Positions 37,463 through 50,657 of a DNA stretch of 64,000 nucleotides are shown here, piece after piece. The position numbers and the translations under genes are program-made. The notes beneath the pieces were generated by a model. It searched no databases. It had not been told where the DNA came from and saw only the letters and a program-made list of their open reading frames with translations. The stretch comes from Eledone cirrhosa (taxonomy: Eukaryota), in assembly GCA_964016885.1 (NCBI GenBank), contig OZ024740.1, positions 868,001 to 932,000 of the forward strand, given 5' to 3'. The first letter of the stretch is position 1. Every line of letters begins with the position of its first letter.

Positions 37463-38813
37463 AATATGGTTATCTTTCTTTTTGAATTATTATTTGTAAT
37501 TTTATTTATCTTTTGATGTTCAGACATCTTCATATTTCAAATAAATAAACATTTTGAAAGCCCAGCTATGAATATTGAAAGGCTGACAGCCAGCACTGTC
37601 TAGTGGATTCCAGCAGAAGCAGTGGGGGACAACTCTCTATGCATTTCGAGCTCTGGTTCTCATGAGGACAGTCCTTCCTCTAGTTTTTTACTGGTTTCAC
37701 CTGTGTAGGTGGGCTGATTAGCCTCATTAGCATATGAAGCTCTATAAGTTGGCTCTAAAAGTAGAATTAAAATGTTGCTTCAGCGTAGCTATGCCAAAGC
37801 TAAATTTTAATTCTATTTGTATTTTGCTTATTTTATATTTGTAATCTCTCAATGTAAAGGCACGTAGCCTAGTGGTTAATGGTCATAAGGTAGACCAAGT
37901 AACACACTGCATCCTTGAGCAAGGCTCTTCATTTCATGTTGCTCCAGTTTACTTAGCTGAGTCCCAACAGCAGCAACTGGAGTTAACCACGTGATGGACT
38001 GGTGTCCTGTCTCAATCTCTAATCACCCATGAAACTGGGATAAACTCTAGGTTTTCTTCAGTCCAGGCAAACATGAAAAAAACAAATCTAAAATAGTAAC
38101 TCTCTTTCTTTCACAGTATGGGTTAACCAGGTTTGCAAATTTTAGAAAATATTTCACGTTGGTGTTTGGAACAAAAGTTCTTACATAAAATTATGATGAA
38201 AGGTATTTTGATAAATATAAATACTTAAAAATAAATAGCTTTGTATCATAGAACCAAGAGCAGTTTCAGACAACTTTGTTTATAGTGACAAAGGGTTTAT
38301 AGTGTATATATAAATAATGTAAACAGACTTTAACATGAGAGTAAAAGAGCCCTCAATTTGTCTCCCTTGGTATTACCCAGAGTAAAGCTATCTGCTGGGA
38401 GCTGCATGCCATAGAGAATTCTTCAGGCATATATCATTGAAGTAGTGATGGTATGGGTTGCTAATATTTATGCTTACACACACATACAAATGATAATTTA
38501 CTCTCTGATGATTTGATTCAAAATTGTTTCCATAATCGGAATTTATTTCTTAATTCTTTTTTGGTTTCAGCTATAAGGACCAAATTATTTGCATAGAGAG
38601 GTTCACATGGGCAGCCCATTTTAAACTCCTCTGTTATGGCCTCAATCGATTAAACGGATCACAGTGTGTTACTGGTGCTTTATTTTATCAACCCTTTAAG
38701 GATGAAAGGTAAAGCTAACCTTGGCGGGATTTGAACTCAGAATGTAAAGCAACATAACTCTATGCTGCAAAGCATGGTGTCTGACACTCTACTGATACTG
38801 CCAATCCACCGAA

Positions 38814-40100
38814 TGTAATTCCGTGGTGACGGAAAGAATTGTGTATTCCTCAAAATGTGATTGTGATATGATTGGCTGTTGTTAAATAATTAAACAATTA
38901 CACAGTGTAGTGACCTACATTCCGCAGGCTCACATACATTCTCTGTGCGTGATTTGGCTCAGTTCAGCCAATCAGCGCCAGTAGAAGAGGATGTATCCCT
39001 ACGCGCCCCGAGGAAGAGATTCCCCGCGAGGATTTGAGGAATCTCTCTCTTGTACCGGGAACTTCGAACCAGCAACACGCATAATGTAACGGTGAGATTT
39101 TGCACCCCTAGCCTCGCCGGCTTTCCGGCGCAATGGCACATTCCCTTTTGTAACCTCTTTTTATGTGTAACTTCAACCATATAAGTTAACAAACATTGTT
39201 TGTGCTACATCAAAAATAAACATACATTTCATCTCTAATTTCTGCTGTTGAAATCATTATTATGTTACTTGTGTCTCAATAACATCTATAATCCATGCTG
39301 CTGGAATTGGCGACCTGACGAAAGGAATATTGTAAATACAAAGATGGTAAATAGATCGAGGGACCTTCCCTCACGTCTATGTCGACAATCCAATGAGGAT
39401 ACTATCATTTTACCACACTGTCAACTGACGACCTTCATTAATCTACCCTGCTAAAGTGGTGACCGACGTAAGAATTTAACGCAGCCCTTCTTTTTTATTC
39501 AGTTGAACTTTTATTGCCGCGTTGCCGGCCTTTTCGCAACTTGCGAAAATACAAAATATTCCTTTTAAGATTTTTGAAAGATTAGCAGTATTTCAAAAAC
39601 TTTTCGCCACGAGGAAATTTCAAAATGGCTACAGACAGGTCCTGGCTACACTCGACAACAACAACGACAGCAGCGGCAGCGACAGCATTGTTTAGCCACT
39701 GACCAAAACAGGGAATAGTGAGATGGCAGCTTCATAGCCTTACCGACGCAAACCACCACACATTGGAAATTTCAAAACGGCTTGTAACTTTACCGACGCA
39801 ACCACCATACCTTCTGTCTCGTTACCACAGGGACTCAAGAAATTGAGACAGTAGTTTTCTCACCATTATGGCGTCAGACGTGGCTGCCATATTGGACTCT
39901 GGGTTCTTCAACGCTTGACTGCTACTCTACAGAAGATTCATTGACTTTGCTTTAACAACAAGCAACACAACCTTATGTCACACAAGGTGGCAGGACGGTA
40001 GAATGGCTACGAAAACTCTCAAAAACACCATACATCTAACCCCTAACGGCATTAACAAACTTCTTTTTCGGTTTTCAGATAGAACTAGTGTCAGAAAGTC
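38814..40100 (+). mobile_element. Probable LTR-retrotransposon remnant (LTR ~38814-39455, PBS-like site, leader)
   Basis: Starts TGT at the point where a minus-strand SINE is cut off; CpG-richer than its surroundings; AATAAA at ~39216; PBS-like TGGTGACCGACG at ~39457. No second LTR or pol seen. Confidence 0.4.
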
Positions 40101-40979
40101 TGTACACTGGTGATGTGTGAACTATTTGACTTTGAAAAGCTTTGAACTTATTGAGCAATTTCTCTGCTCCCTCAGATTGACTTTGAATTATCAGTTTGTT
40201 ACATTCACATATTTCTTTGTAGAATGCATTTACTTGTTTTGTGCTCGTTTGCTATTTGCTTGCTCATGGTTTTTGTTCATTCACATTCTTTGCTGTTTTA
40301 CATGCCTGCATATGCACCCATTTTTTTTGTCACACACCAACATGTCAAATGACCAGCTGTTTTGTTGTTTATACGTGACCAGTAAAGGTCTAACAAAAAC
40401 GGATAAAGTCTGACATGGGCAAAGTTGCTGTTCTTGCACTTAATGTTAATGGTAAGTGCTGTACCAGTAGCTGTGGACGAAGCTATTATGGTAGTTTACC
40501 AGATGATGGGTAGGCGAGAAAATGTTGGCCTCCCAGATGTATTGCCGAATGTGCTAGGGAGCCAGGAAAAAATGGCTGGTTGCTTTGAAAAGAAAAAAAG
40601 CAAGTTTAATCTGTAGATGGGTTGCAGTGTAAATTCCATAATTCGGGCGAATCCACAGAAGTGGCCGAAATGCTGACAAGTCCAGTTCTATTTGCTGTTT
40701 TCCCAGCGAGTCGGGCAAAAACAGCAAGATGAAGGCCGTCATGGACGATCAGTGTGCAACGAGATGCAAAACTGTTTGAGCTCAGCTGCAATTAGTATTC
40801 TCGTGTTGTGGTGCCTGTTTGAATCCAGTGGATTAAGCTCAATGAGCTGCTAGCATGTGACAGCACCTCAACCAGGTGAAAAGGGACTCGCAGAATATTA
40901 CGTTTGAAGAACATATACCAAGAACAGCACTCAATATGAATTAAATACATGACAAAAACAGAAGCAAAATGACATCTAC

Positions 40980-41150
40980 CTTGATGGCTTTATCCCTCAT
41001 AAGTTCTGAGAATGGAAGTTTACATTCTGAGACAAGTTTGTTGCTGACAGCAATGCAATCACAGCAGATGAAGGCATTGGAAGATTTGGAAAGAATTATC
41101 GACAATAACTGTTTGGTGTCATCTACATTAAATACTGAAGGTATTAACAT
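40980..41150 (-). CDS. UFL1: UFL1 exon
   Basis: tttacAG|...|GTAGAT, 171 nt, phase 0-0; MLIPSVFNVDDTKQLLSII...VSNKLVSECKLPFSELMRDKAIK. Confidence 0.93.
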
Positions 41151-41239
41151 CTGTAAAGGAAGAAAATGGAGGATTTAAATATATAAAAGGTTGGGAAAGG
41201 AAGACAACATAAACAATGTTATATATATGTATGTATTAT

Positions 41240-42410
41240 CATAGGGCACCGGTCCCATCTGGGAAATGGCCATGCTCAGTGTGTAGGAAAGGAGTAGGCA
41301 GAAACTCCATTTTATGTCCCAAATGTAAAGTATGGGTGCATAAAAGATGTAGTGGGATCACAGGTAAGCTAACTAAGAATATAGATTTTATATGTGGCCG
41401 GTGCTCTGGTGCAATAAGTAGCAGCAAGTGCCCACTGAATACTAGCTCATTCCATTGCACAGATGGTTCTATAGAAATAGTGGACACCTTCCGTTACCTG
41501 GGTGATAAAATCAGCAGTGGGGGAAGGTGCTCTGAAAGTACAGTAACTAGAGTCAGAACGGGATGGAAAAATTTCAGAGAGCTTATACCACTATTAGCCG
41601 CTAAAGGGTTCTCTCTAAAAATGAAAGGCAGGCTGTATGATGCCTGCATACGAACAGCAATGTTACATGGCAGTGAGACCTGGGCATTGTGTGCAGAGGA
41701 TATACGCAGACTGGAGAGGAACGAAGCTTGCATGCTCCGCTGGATGTGTAATAGTAATATACGTGAACAGCAAAGCATAAACGAACTAAGGGAAAAATTA
41801 GAAATAAGAGGGATCAGATGTTGTTTACTCGAGAGAAGACTACGTTGGTACGGTCACGTGATATGCATGAAAGACGACAGCTGTATAAAAAAGTGCAGGG
41901 CGATAAAAATAGATGGTAGCCACGGAGTAGGCAGACCCAGAAAAACCTGGGACGACTTGAGAAATTCCCACCTCACACACTTACACCTCTCCAAGACAAT
42001 GTCACTGGACCGAGATCTTTGGCACTACACAGTAATACAGAAGACCCACCTAAGTACAAAGCAATACCTAGTCAGTAGGCACCTCTAATAAAAATACACC
42101 CTTGTCCCACTACCCCCACCCCATCCACACCACCCCTTCCAATGTAAAGTTATGTTGGTACCACAACATCCAGTCCGAAACAAATGAGGTTGTGTAGGTG
42201 TCACGACAAAAAAACACACAGTCCACGCTGTAATGTGGCCGTGTAGGTAACACGGTAAAAACCTCCCAGTTCCACATTGTAAATGTGGTTGATGTTAGGA
42301 AGGGCATCCAGCCGTAGAAAACCCGCCAGACAGTCCTATGCGAGCAAGACAACCACTCTTGCCTCAAGTGGGAAAACTCCCGTCCAAACCCATGCAAGCG
42401 TGGAAGATGC
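41240..42410 (+). mobile_element. RTE LINE 3' portion (subfamily A), open for ~280 codons
   Basis: ORF 41216-42088 with Cys finger and C-terminal motifs; 3'UTR matches 24660-25010. Confidence 0.95.
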
Positions 42411-42419
42411 GCTGCCGCC

Positions 42420-42744
42420 ACTGCCACCACCGTTTTACGTCCGTTCTTCCATGCTAGCATGGGTTAGACGGGTTGTCCTGTTGTGGGCAGTGTCTGGTCG
42501 GCTGACCATGCCTTGCTCATACAGGAACTTATTTTGGCTAGATTTCTACAGCTGGATGCCCTTCCTAACACCAACCTCATTTACTGCGAGTGCTGGGTGC
42601 TTTTTTCCGTGGCGCCTACACGTCCACTTTACAGTGTGGGCTGGGTGCTTTTTTGCCGTGGCACCTCCACCACCACACGACCACTTTGCAGTCGGAGAGT
42701 GTGGGGGCATATTGTCTATATGCTTCAGCTTGTACCCATGGGAG

Positions 42745-42745
<1 letters not shown>
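42420..42745 (-). mobile_element. RTE subfamily B 3'UTR fragment, tail-to-tail with the preceding element
   Basis: Matches 30215-30520. Confidence 0.9.
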
Positions 42746-42799
<54 letters not shown>

Positions 42800-42802
42800 A
42801 TT

Positions 42803-43141
42803 GGAGGCACATGGCTTAGTGGTTAGAGCATTGGCCTTGCAATCGAAAGGTTGTGAGTTCAATTCTCAGACCGGGTGATGTGTTGTTTCTTTGAGCAAGA
42901 CACTTTATTTCACATAGCTCCAGTTTACTCAGCTGTAGAAATGAGATGATAGGGCCTGGGGTCCATATCATTTCACTGCAAAGTGGTCGTGGAGGTGCCA
43001 CGGCAAAAAAGCACCCAGCACTCACTGTAAATGAGGTTGGTGTTAGGAAGGGCATCCAGCTGTAGAAATCAAGCCAGAATCAGATCCCGTCCCACCCTTG
43101 CAAGCAGGGAAAAGCGGATGTAAAAATGATGATGATGATGA
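42803..43141 (+). mobile_element. Full-length family-1 SINE
   Basis: GGAGGCACATGGCTTAGTGGTTAGAGC head through (GAT)n tail. Confidence 0.93.
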
Positions 43142-43146
43142 TATAT

Positions 43147-45930
43147 TAGAATGTGCCATAAAAAGCAAGGTCACAATACTAAGGCTCCCTGTGTATTTTC
43201 CCATTATAAATACCCCAATTGGTAAAATAAAACATATTTTGTATAAAATAAATTATTTTGAGCCTTGCCTACATCATGGTGATTATAGTGTAAAGTGTGA
43301 TTATGTTGCATGAAATCATGAAAATGTGAATCCAAATATGACCATACAATAATTGTTTATTTTATTAATCCATTATATTTAGTAAATCAGCTTTGAATAT
43401 AAAGGCGTACAAGGAAGAAACAAGTTCAGTTAAGTTAACTCCAGTCATTTTTTTCAGAGTTTCTTTTTTGACATCCGGGACCTTGCGACGATGAGCTTCG
43501 ACTACTTGAAGAATACACTGCTTCTCCTCCTCATTCTTGGTGATGGCAACAAAATCAGTTATCAACTTGACTGCTCTCTCCGCCAGATCGTTGACTACCT
43601 TGACATTATGAACAACTTCACCTGCATTTTGATATGACGCTTGTGATGACCAAGTTGCAGGTGACAGCTCAAGCCAAGTATCGTCGAGACCAAGGAGATC
43701 AAACAGAAGCCTTGATTTCTTCCCAACTAGATGAGGCAGCTTCGTAGACGACTTCAACTCGGGAAATACTGGAGCACCACGGTCGAGAGGCCCATACATT
43801 TTCGTTTTGACAAGACGCTGGGCTATTTGTTTCTTCTCGGACTCTTGGACCCGACTTAAAAACAGCGCTAGTGGAATGGCTTCCTCCGTCAGGTACCAAA
43901 GATGCCTGCTCAGAGAAGTAGTTGCTGCTGCGAGAGATCTCTGTCAACCTTACTGTACTGTGTCAACTCCACATAGAATTGAAGGTCATTGGATGGTGCA
44001 TCAGCACACTTGACTGCTGTCAGCCAGTATCGCACGTAGAACAGAGCATTGAACATACAGATCCGGCGCAACTTTTCCATTTTAGCTTGATCGTAATTGA
44101 GTCGCTCACCAAATGCATACATCTTTGCACTATAGATGATTGTGGACATCCACCGAGCGTTATGATGTACACCAGGCAGCATCCAATGAATTCCATGAGG
44201 AGGGGTGACACCAAGCAAGATCATCATCAACTCGGCACATTCTCGGTAGTCGTCCCATGGAAGAGAACTCATTTTCCCATCATCGGATGTCAACAAATCT
44301 TGGAGGAACTTGATGTTCTCAGAACACAGACGCTTGAGTCTCCGGTCGACAATGTTCAATGTTTTAAAGTTGGTCTTGACCGTGAGTGACACCCAATCTT
44401 TTTTGAACTCTTTGAACTCTGGGGTGTCTGGACTGGACATTGCTCCGAATAGTTGTTGCCACACTGCACACAAGATACGCTCCATGACATGGTGTCGACA
44501 AGCAAAATAAAACACTTTTTTGTTGAGCATCTCTTCTAGTTTCACGCAGTTACCATTTTTCCATCCAGAATTCGAAGCAGTTGTATCGAAGACCAAGCCC
44601 ACCACAGACTCATCAACATTCCAATCTTTAACAAGATCAAATGATGCTTTGGCTTGGGTGGTTCCAGTGCCATCAGGAATTATGGGAACACCGAGGAGTT
44701 TATCTTCTCTGAAGTCCAGAGTTCCAGCAACTAGCACACCTAGCCTCTCGTGGTCACCAGGAATTATTTTGCCATCCCAATGCAAGGTAACAAAGTCTGG
44801 TACAGCAAATTGTTCCTATATGTGTTCAGCCCCCACAGTTCTGATCTTCTTAGCTGCATGTCAGCTACTATTCTTGGAGAGAGTTGTGGCATCTATGTCA
44901 GTCCCACCCTCAGAAATAATCGATGCCATAAATGTTGTTCTCTGGCCCAGTGTCAGGTTTAAACGATCAGCCATTAGAGAAATTTTTGGACTTTGAAATA
45001 GATTCTTTTGGAGTTCCAGCTGGATTTTTCGTTTCTTGTCTGACTTTGAGCTGTCTCTGGATGGGTTTAGGCCTGAAATTCAGGATCCTGTTCATCTTCA
45101 GTTTCATCATTGGTTGAACTTGAATCACTCAGTTCATTACGTGGAAGTTGTGCTGCTACAGGTCCTGACAAACGCTTTCTATGGTTCTCTGACTCTCGAC
45201 AAGCCACAGAAACCTGATCACGCTTAAACTTTGAAGATACCATTTTCTGGTAACCCTTGTCTTCAGCACCCAGAGATACTTTTTTCTGGCAACGCAGGGC
45301 TTCAAGAAATGTAGCATCTTCCATTTTCTGTTCATTATTACGAAGACGGTCTTTCAAAATTTTCTTTTCAGCATCAGTATGTGCAATGTAGAAATACGAA
45401 TCCAATTCAGAAATAAATAGTGCTTCCTTTTCTTTTTTTGACTTAGAACCTTTGTTTTTTAGTAAATTTCTGAATTCACTGTACATGTTCATAATTTTCA
45501 GTTTCACTTTGTCATTTTGTTGAGTCGCCACACAAGCTTTTTCCCACTGACTAACTACTTCCATCACAAGCCTATCCGCAATAGTACCATTGAAGCTCAT
45601 ATGCTTTTTGTGTTTCATAGGACCATCTTTCAGGTAGAAGAAATATCTTAGAACATCCCCCTTTGTTGGTATTTTGTTTGGAGAAAAGGATGTAACATAT
45701 TGCCCCAGGAGCCATATTTCTTGATCATCAACGGAGCGAGTAGCTACAACTAGGTGACTGGTTTCCACCATTATTCTGCCAATTTGCAACTATTAGGCAA
45801 GGCTTAAATTAGTCTGAAATAATCAAAATTACATTATAAATTGATAATATACAAAATGGCATGAGAAAATGCATAGGGAGCTAAGAAAAAAAACACTTTT
45901 GTGTAAAATGTGGGATTCTGGAACACCCTA
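43147..45930 (-). mobile_element. hAT-superfamily (hATm-like) DNA transposon with frameshifted transposase
   Basis: Minus-strand ORFs 45067-45789, 43910-44785 and 43365-43799 carry HWDGK, FDTTASNSG, ACRHHVME and VVNDLAERAV motifs. Imperfect termini TAGAATGTGCCA / TAGGGTGTTCCA; flanked by ATATAT. Subgroup assignment is from recall. Confidence 0.85.
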
Positions 45931-45987
45931 ATATATATATATATATATGTATGCATATATATGTATGTATGTGTATGTATGTATGTA

Positions 45988-48900
45988 TCATCATCATCAT
46001 TTTACGTCCGCTTTTCCCTGCTTGCAAGGGTGGGACAGGTCCTATTCAGCACATCATCTCTCCAATTGTCACAGTCCTTCGTCATCTCCACCGTGAGCTT
46101 CAGCGATCTGAGGTCTGTTCTCACCACCTCCGCCCAGGTTTTTCGTGGTCTACCTCTACCACGTCTTCCTTGAATTGGCATTTCCTGGCACTTCTTCACC
46201 CATCGGTCATCCTCCATGTGCATCACATGCCCATACCATCGCAGTCTCCTCTCCCGCACACTACAATCTATCCCTATCAGACACAGTTTCTCTCTCAACA
46301 CATCCATGCTCGATTGTTCACGCACATTGATATTGCACATCCAACGGAGCATGTTTGGCTCATTTCTCTCCAGCTGTCGCATATCCTCTGCAGTTGCTGC
46401 CCATATCTCACTACCATGCAGCATCACGCTCCTCACACAGGCATCATATAACTGGCCTTTCGTATGCAGGGAGAAACCCTTCTTCATCAGCAGAGGAAGC
46501 AGCTCCCTAAACTTCTTCCAACCCGTCCTTATTCTAGATACTATGGCCTCGGAACACTCCCTTCCATGCTAATCTGATCTCCTAGGAACTGGAAGCTGTC
46601 AACCACCGGCATTTGGAAAATGTGTCTATCAATACGGCTTCTACTGTTAAATTTCCCTGTACATCTACTGCATATGTATTTCTCCCTACCTGTTAGTTTT
46701 CCTGCTATACCACTACATATCTTGTGTACCCAAGATCTGCATTGTGTGCATTTTATAGAATTTATGCCAGTTCCTTTTCTGCATATCAAACATGGCCATT
46801 TTCCTGACAGAATCAGAGTTTTGTCCTCTTTTCTACTCATCAACACTTTTGTCTTAGCTTGCTTTACTCTCAGTCCTCTTGATTCCAACTGCTGTTTCCA
46901 TAGCCAGAATTTATTCTCTAGCTCCTCTACTGATTCTGCTATAAGAACCAGATCCTCAGCATAGAGAAGTTCCCATGGACAGCCAATCTTAAACTCCTCT
47001 GCTATGGCTTGGAGGACTATAATGAATAAGAGCGGGCTGAGGACCGAACCCTGATGCCTCCTACTTGTATCTGGAATTCCTCACTAAACTCCATTCCTAC
47101 CCTCACTTTACTGACCCTCTGTACAAAGTTTGCACTGTCCTCACAGTCATTCCTCAACACCTAGTTTCCTTACGGACCACCAGATGACAGATCGGGGTAC
47201 CCTATCAAAGGCCTTCTCTAGGTCAACAAAAGCTAAGTATAATGGCTTATTCTTCTCTAAAAACCTCTCTTGTAATTGTCTCACCAAGAAGAGGTCATCT
47301 GTTGTACTTTTCCCAGGCACAAAACCAAACTGCATCTCATCTAGTTTGACCCTTTCTCTAAGTAGTTGTGCTAACATCCTTTCTGCCACTTTCATAACCT
47401 GATCCATCAGTTTTATACCCCTATAATTGCTCCTCTCCAGAGCATCCCCTTTACCTTTGTAGCAATTTATGAGAATACATGCAGCAGCTGTACTGGGACA
47501 GCAAGCAGCAAACAGCCACAGAAAACAAGTACCACCAATCTCTGGGAGGGCTCTGTAGAGACAGTAGACAGCTTCTGCTACCTAGGTGACTGAATTAGCA
47601 GCGGAGGTGGGTGTTCAGAAAGTTCAATAACTAGGGTAAGAACGGGATGGAAGAAGTTCAGGGAACTGCTAGCTGCAAAAGGCTTCTCCCTCAAAATGAA
47701 AGGCAGACTGTATGATGCGTGTATCCGAACAGCAATGTTACATGGTAGTGAGACCTGGGCGCTGAAGGTGGAAGACTTGCGTAGATTAGAGAGAAACGAA
47801 GCCTGCATGCTCCGATGGATGTGTAATAGTAATATACGCAAACGACAAAGCATAAATGAATTGAGAGAGAGACTGAGCATAAGAGGAATCAAATGCTGTG
47901 TGCAGGAGAGGCGGTTGTGTTGGTATGAAGATGTGATGCGTATGAAGGATTACAGCTGCATAAAAAGGTGTAGAGCACTAGAAGTCGATGGAAACCGCGG
48001 AGTGGGGAGACCCAAGATAACCTGGGATAAAAGCCGACCTTACCCAATTACACCTCTCAAAGGCGATGACACACGACCGTGACCTCTGGCGTCACGCAGT
48101 AATACAGAGTACCCGACCTCCCATGGGTACAAGCTGAAGCATATAGACAATATGCCCCCACACCCTCCCACTGCAAGGTGGTCATGGAGGTGCCACGGCA
48201 AAAAAGCACCCAGCCCACACTGTAAAGTGGACGTGTAGGCACCACGAAAAAGCACCCAGCACTCACTGTAAATGAGGTTGGTGTTAGGAAGGGCATCCAG
48301 CTGTAGAAATCAAGCCAAATCAGTTCCTGTATGAGCAAGGCATGGTCAGCCGACCAGACACTGCCCACAACAGGACAACCCGTCTAACCCATGCTAACGT
48401 GGAAGAACGGACGTAAAACGGTGATGATGATGATGATGATGATGACTGCTGTACCAGTCTTTGGGTATGACACCACCATATATAATCTGATTGATGATGC
48501 GTACAACCAGTTTAGTGCCTACGTCCCCTGATGCCTTCAGCATCTCAGCAACTATCCCCGACAGTCCAGCAGCCTTACCATTTTTCATTTCCTTAATTGC
48601 CTCTTGGACCCTATATTCGTCAATCTCAATAGTCGGATCTACTGAGGGTAATTTCTCTCTCTCCCATTTGTTCTCCACATTCATCAGTTTCTCATAATGA
48701 CATTTCCAGTCCTCCTTTTTCTGATCATTCGTGACATTAAGTACACCGACACCATTCCGGACACATTTATCTCCAACAACATCCTGATTTGCAATGACAC
48801 ACTGCCTTGCAATGTGGAACACCAGCCGTCTCTGATCTTCCCGTTGCAGAACATTGGCAGCCTTCCTGCCTGCTTAATACACCTGATATCTAGCTTCTCT

Positions 48901-50060
48901 CTTAGCAGCTGTATATCCTTCTCTACTCCCACCCTTTTTCCAAGAATTCCATGCTAGGCTTTTGTCTCTAATGGCCCTATCTACCGTGCTGTTCCACCAC
49001 CAGGTCACTCTCTGTCTGGTTGGAGTTCTGCTCCAGCCACAAGTTTCATCAGTAGCCTGCAGTAAGTTGTCACATAAGAAATTCCAGTTATCATCTATAT
49101 CATACGACTAAATCGTCTTCTTTTTCGTCATACACATCTTGAAAGGCTTTCCTAAATTTGTATTTTAGTGAAAGGTCTTTTAGCTTCCAGACCTTTCTTC
49201 TCCACACCTTCCTGTATGCCTCATTCCGTCTCTTGCTTAGTGAGATATCACTAACGCCTAACCTATGCTGTGGGGTACATTCTTCCCCAGGGTATGCCTT
49301 GGTATTTGACACCACCTGCCTGTCCCGCTGCCTAACTAGTGAGAAGTCAATCTGGCTTATGTGCTCGCCTGATTTGTAGGTTATTAGGTGGTTGACAGGT
49401 TTCAGGAAGTTAGTGTTGCAAATGATTAGTGCACTTGCATCACAAAATTCAAGAAGTCTCACTCCTTCATTATTTGCACCGTAACCGTGACCACCATGTA
49501 CCCCAGTGTAACCATCCTGGAGGTGTCCAACATGTCCATTGAAGTCCCCTGCTAGCATAACAATGTCTCTGTTCTCTGTCATTGTGGCTGTTTGTAAAAG
49601 CAGTCTTTCTCTTCTTTACCTAGGCCTGCCTGGGGAGCATAGGCAGAGATGATTGTCAGTAGTCTCCTGCCTACAACTAATCTAAGCTTAATTATTCTAT
49701 TACTAACTAAAACTAACTCTATTGTCTTATTGATCCATCTCTCAGCCAGGAAAATGCCTACTCCTCCTAACCCATCATCATTACCCAGAAAAGCTTATAA
49801 GTAAGGTGTTTGCCTGTGATTAGTCTCGCAGAGGCACCTCTCCATCTCACCTCTTGCACACAGCACACATCCACATGCCTTCCCTCCAGCACATCCGCTA
49901 TCTCACCAGATGTACCTGTTAGAGTGCCAACATTAAGTGTTGCAACTCTGAGATGCGACGTCTTCATATTTTCCTTTTCCTGTAGTGTGATTGCTTGAAG
50001 ACAGTCGGGGTGGGGGGGATGTTCTCGTACATGGCCGCACCTGCCACCCCACTACCGTGC
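45988..50060 (-). mobile_element. Near full-length degraded RTE LINE (subfamily D): APE endonuclease + RT, interrupted by a nested insertion
   Basis: N-terminal RVATLNVGTLTG...CCVQEVRW, GDFNGHVG, SQIDF, RT motifs; the ORF ends directly at the (GAT)n tail. The 5' boundary is approximate. Confidence 0.93.
47479..48445 (+). mobile_element. RTE subfamily B 3' fragment nested in opposite orientation within the subfamily D element
   Basis: Removing it rejoins the host reading KDWYSS|ILINCYKGKGD; near-identical to the reverse complement of 30198-31175. Confidence 0.93.
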
Positions 50061-50486
50061 GCAGCTCTAACATGGCTAGTGTTATTGCTGTTTACACAGT
50101 TATTGCGATATATATTTGTTGCTGTGTTCATAATTGTTTTGGCATTAATACACTGGTTGGGTATATATATGTATGTATGTATATATATACACTCTTTTAC
50201 TCACATATACACATACATTTCTTCTTAGCTTCGTATAACAACACACACACACACATGCTTACGTACGTGCACAAGTATAGCTCTTTTTACAAAACGTTTT
50301 TTTTTCCATTTCAGGTAGACGCGATCCATCATCCACTTTTCTAAAAAAATAAATCATACACAAAACGCTAGCACCAACAGTTTTACAAGAGATGTCAACA
50401 TGAATGGACCTGTTATTTTTATCTAAAGACATTTTTTCCAATTCCAACCCGCGCGTCCCCTCAGTGTATTTTATTTCTCATTCTTT

Positions 50487-50521
50487 CTTCTGATGAAGGA
50501 CTAGCATCCGAAACATTAAGG
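50487..50521 (+). ncRNA. Minimal hammerhead-ribozyme-like motif
   Basis: CTT CTGATGA A GGA-CTAGCA-TCC GAAAC ATTA AGG; a related copy at 51224-51258 has GAAACGTTA. Confidence 0.6.
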
Positions 50522-50657
50522 CCCTCTTCCTGCTATATCAAGTGTTAACCTAATATATCCCTTCCATATATTGTACCGATTGTGTTGTTATTTCTGTTTA
50601 CCTTTTACATACATATATATAAGTATGTATGTGTGTGTATGTATATATATATATATA

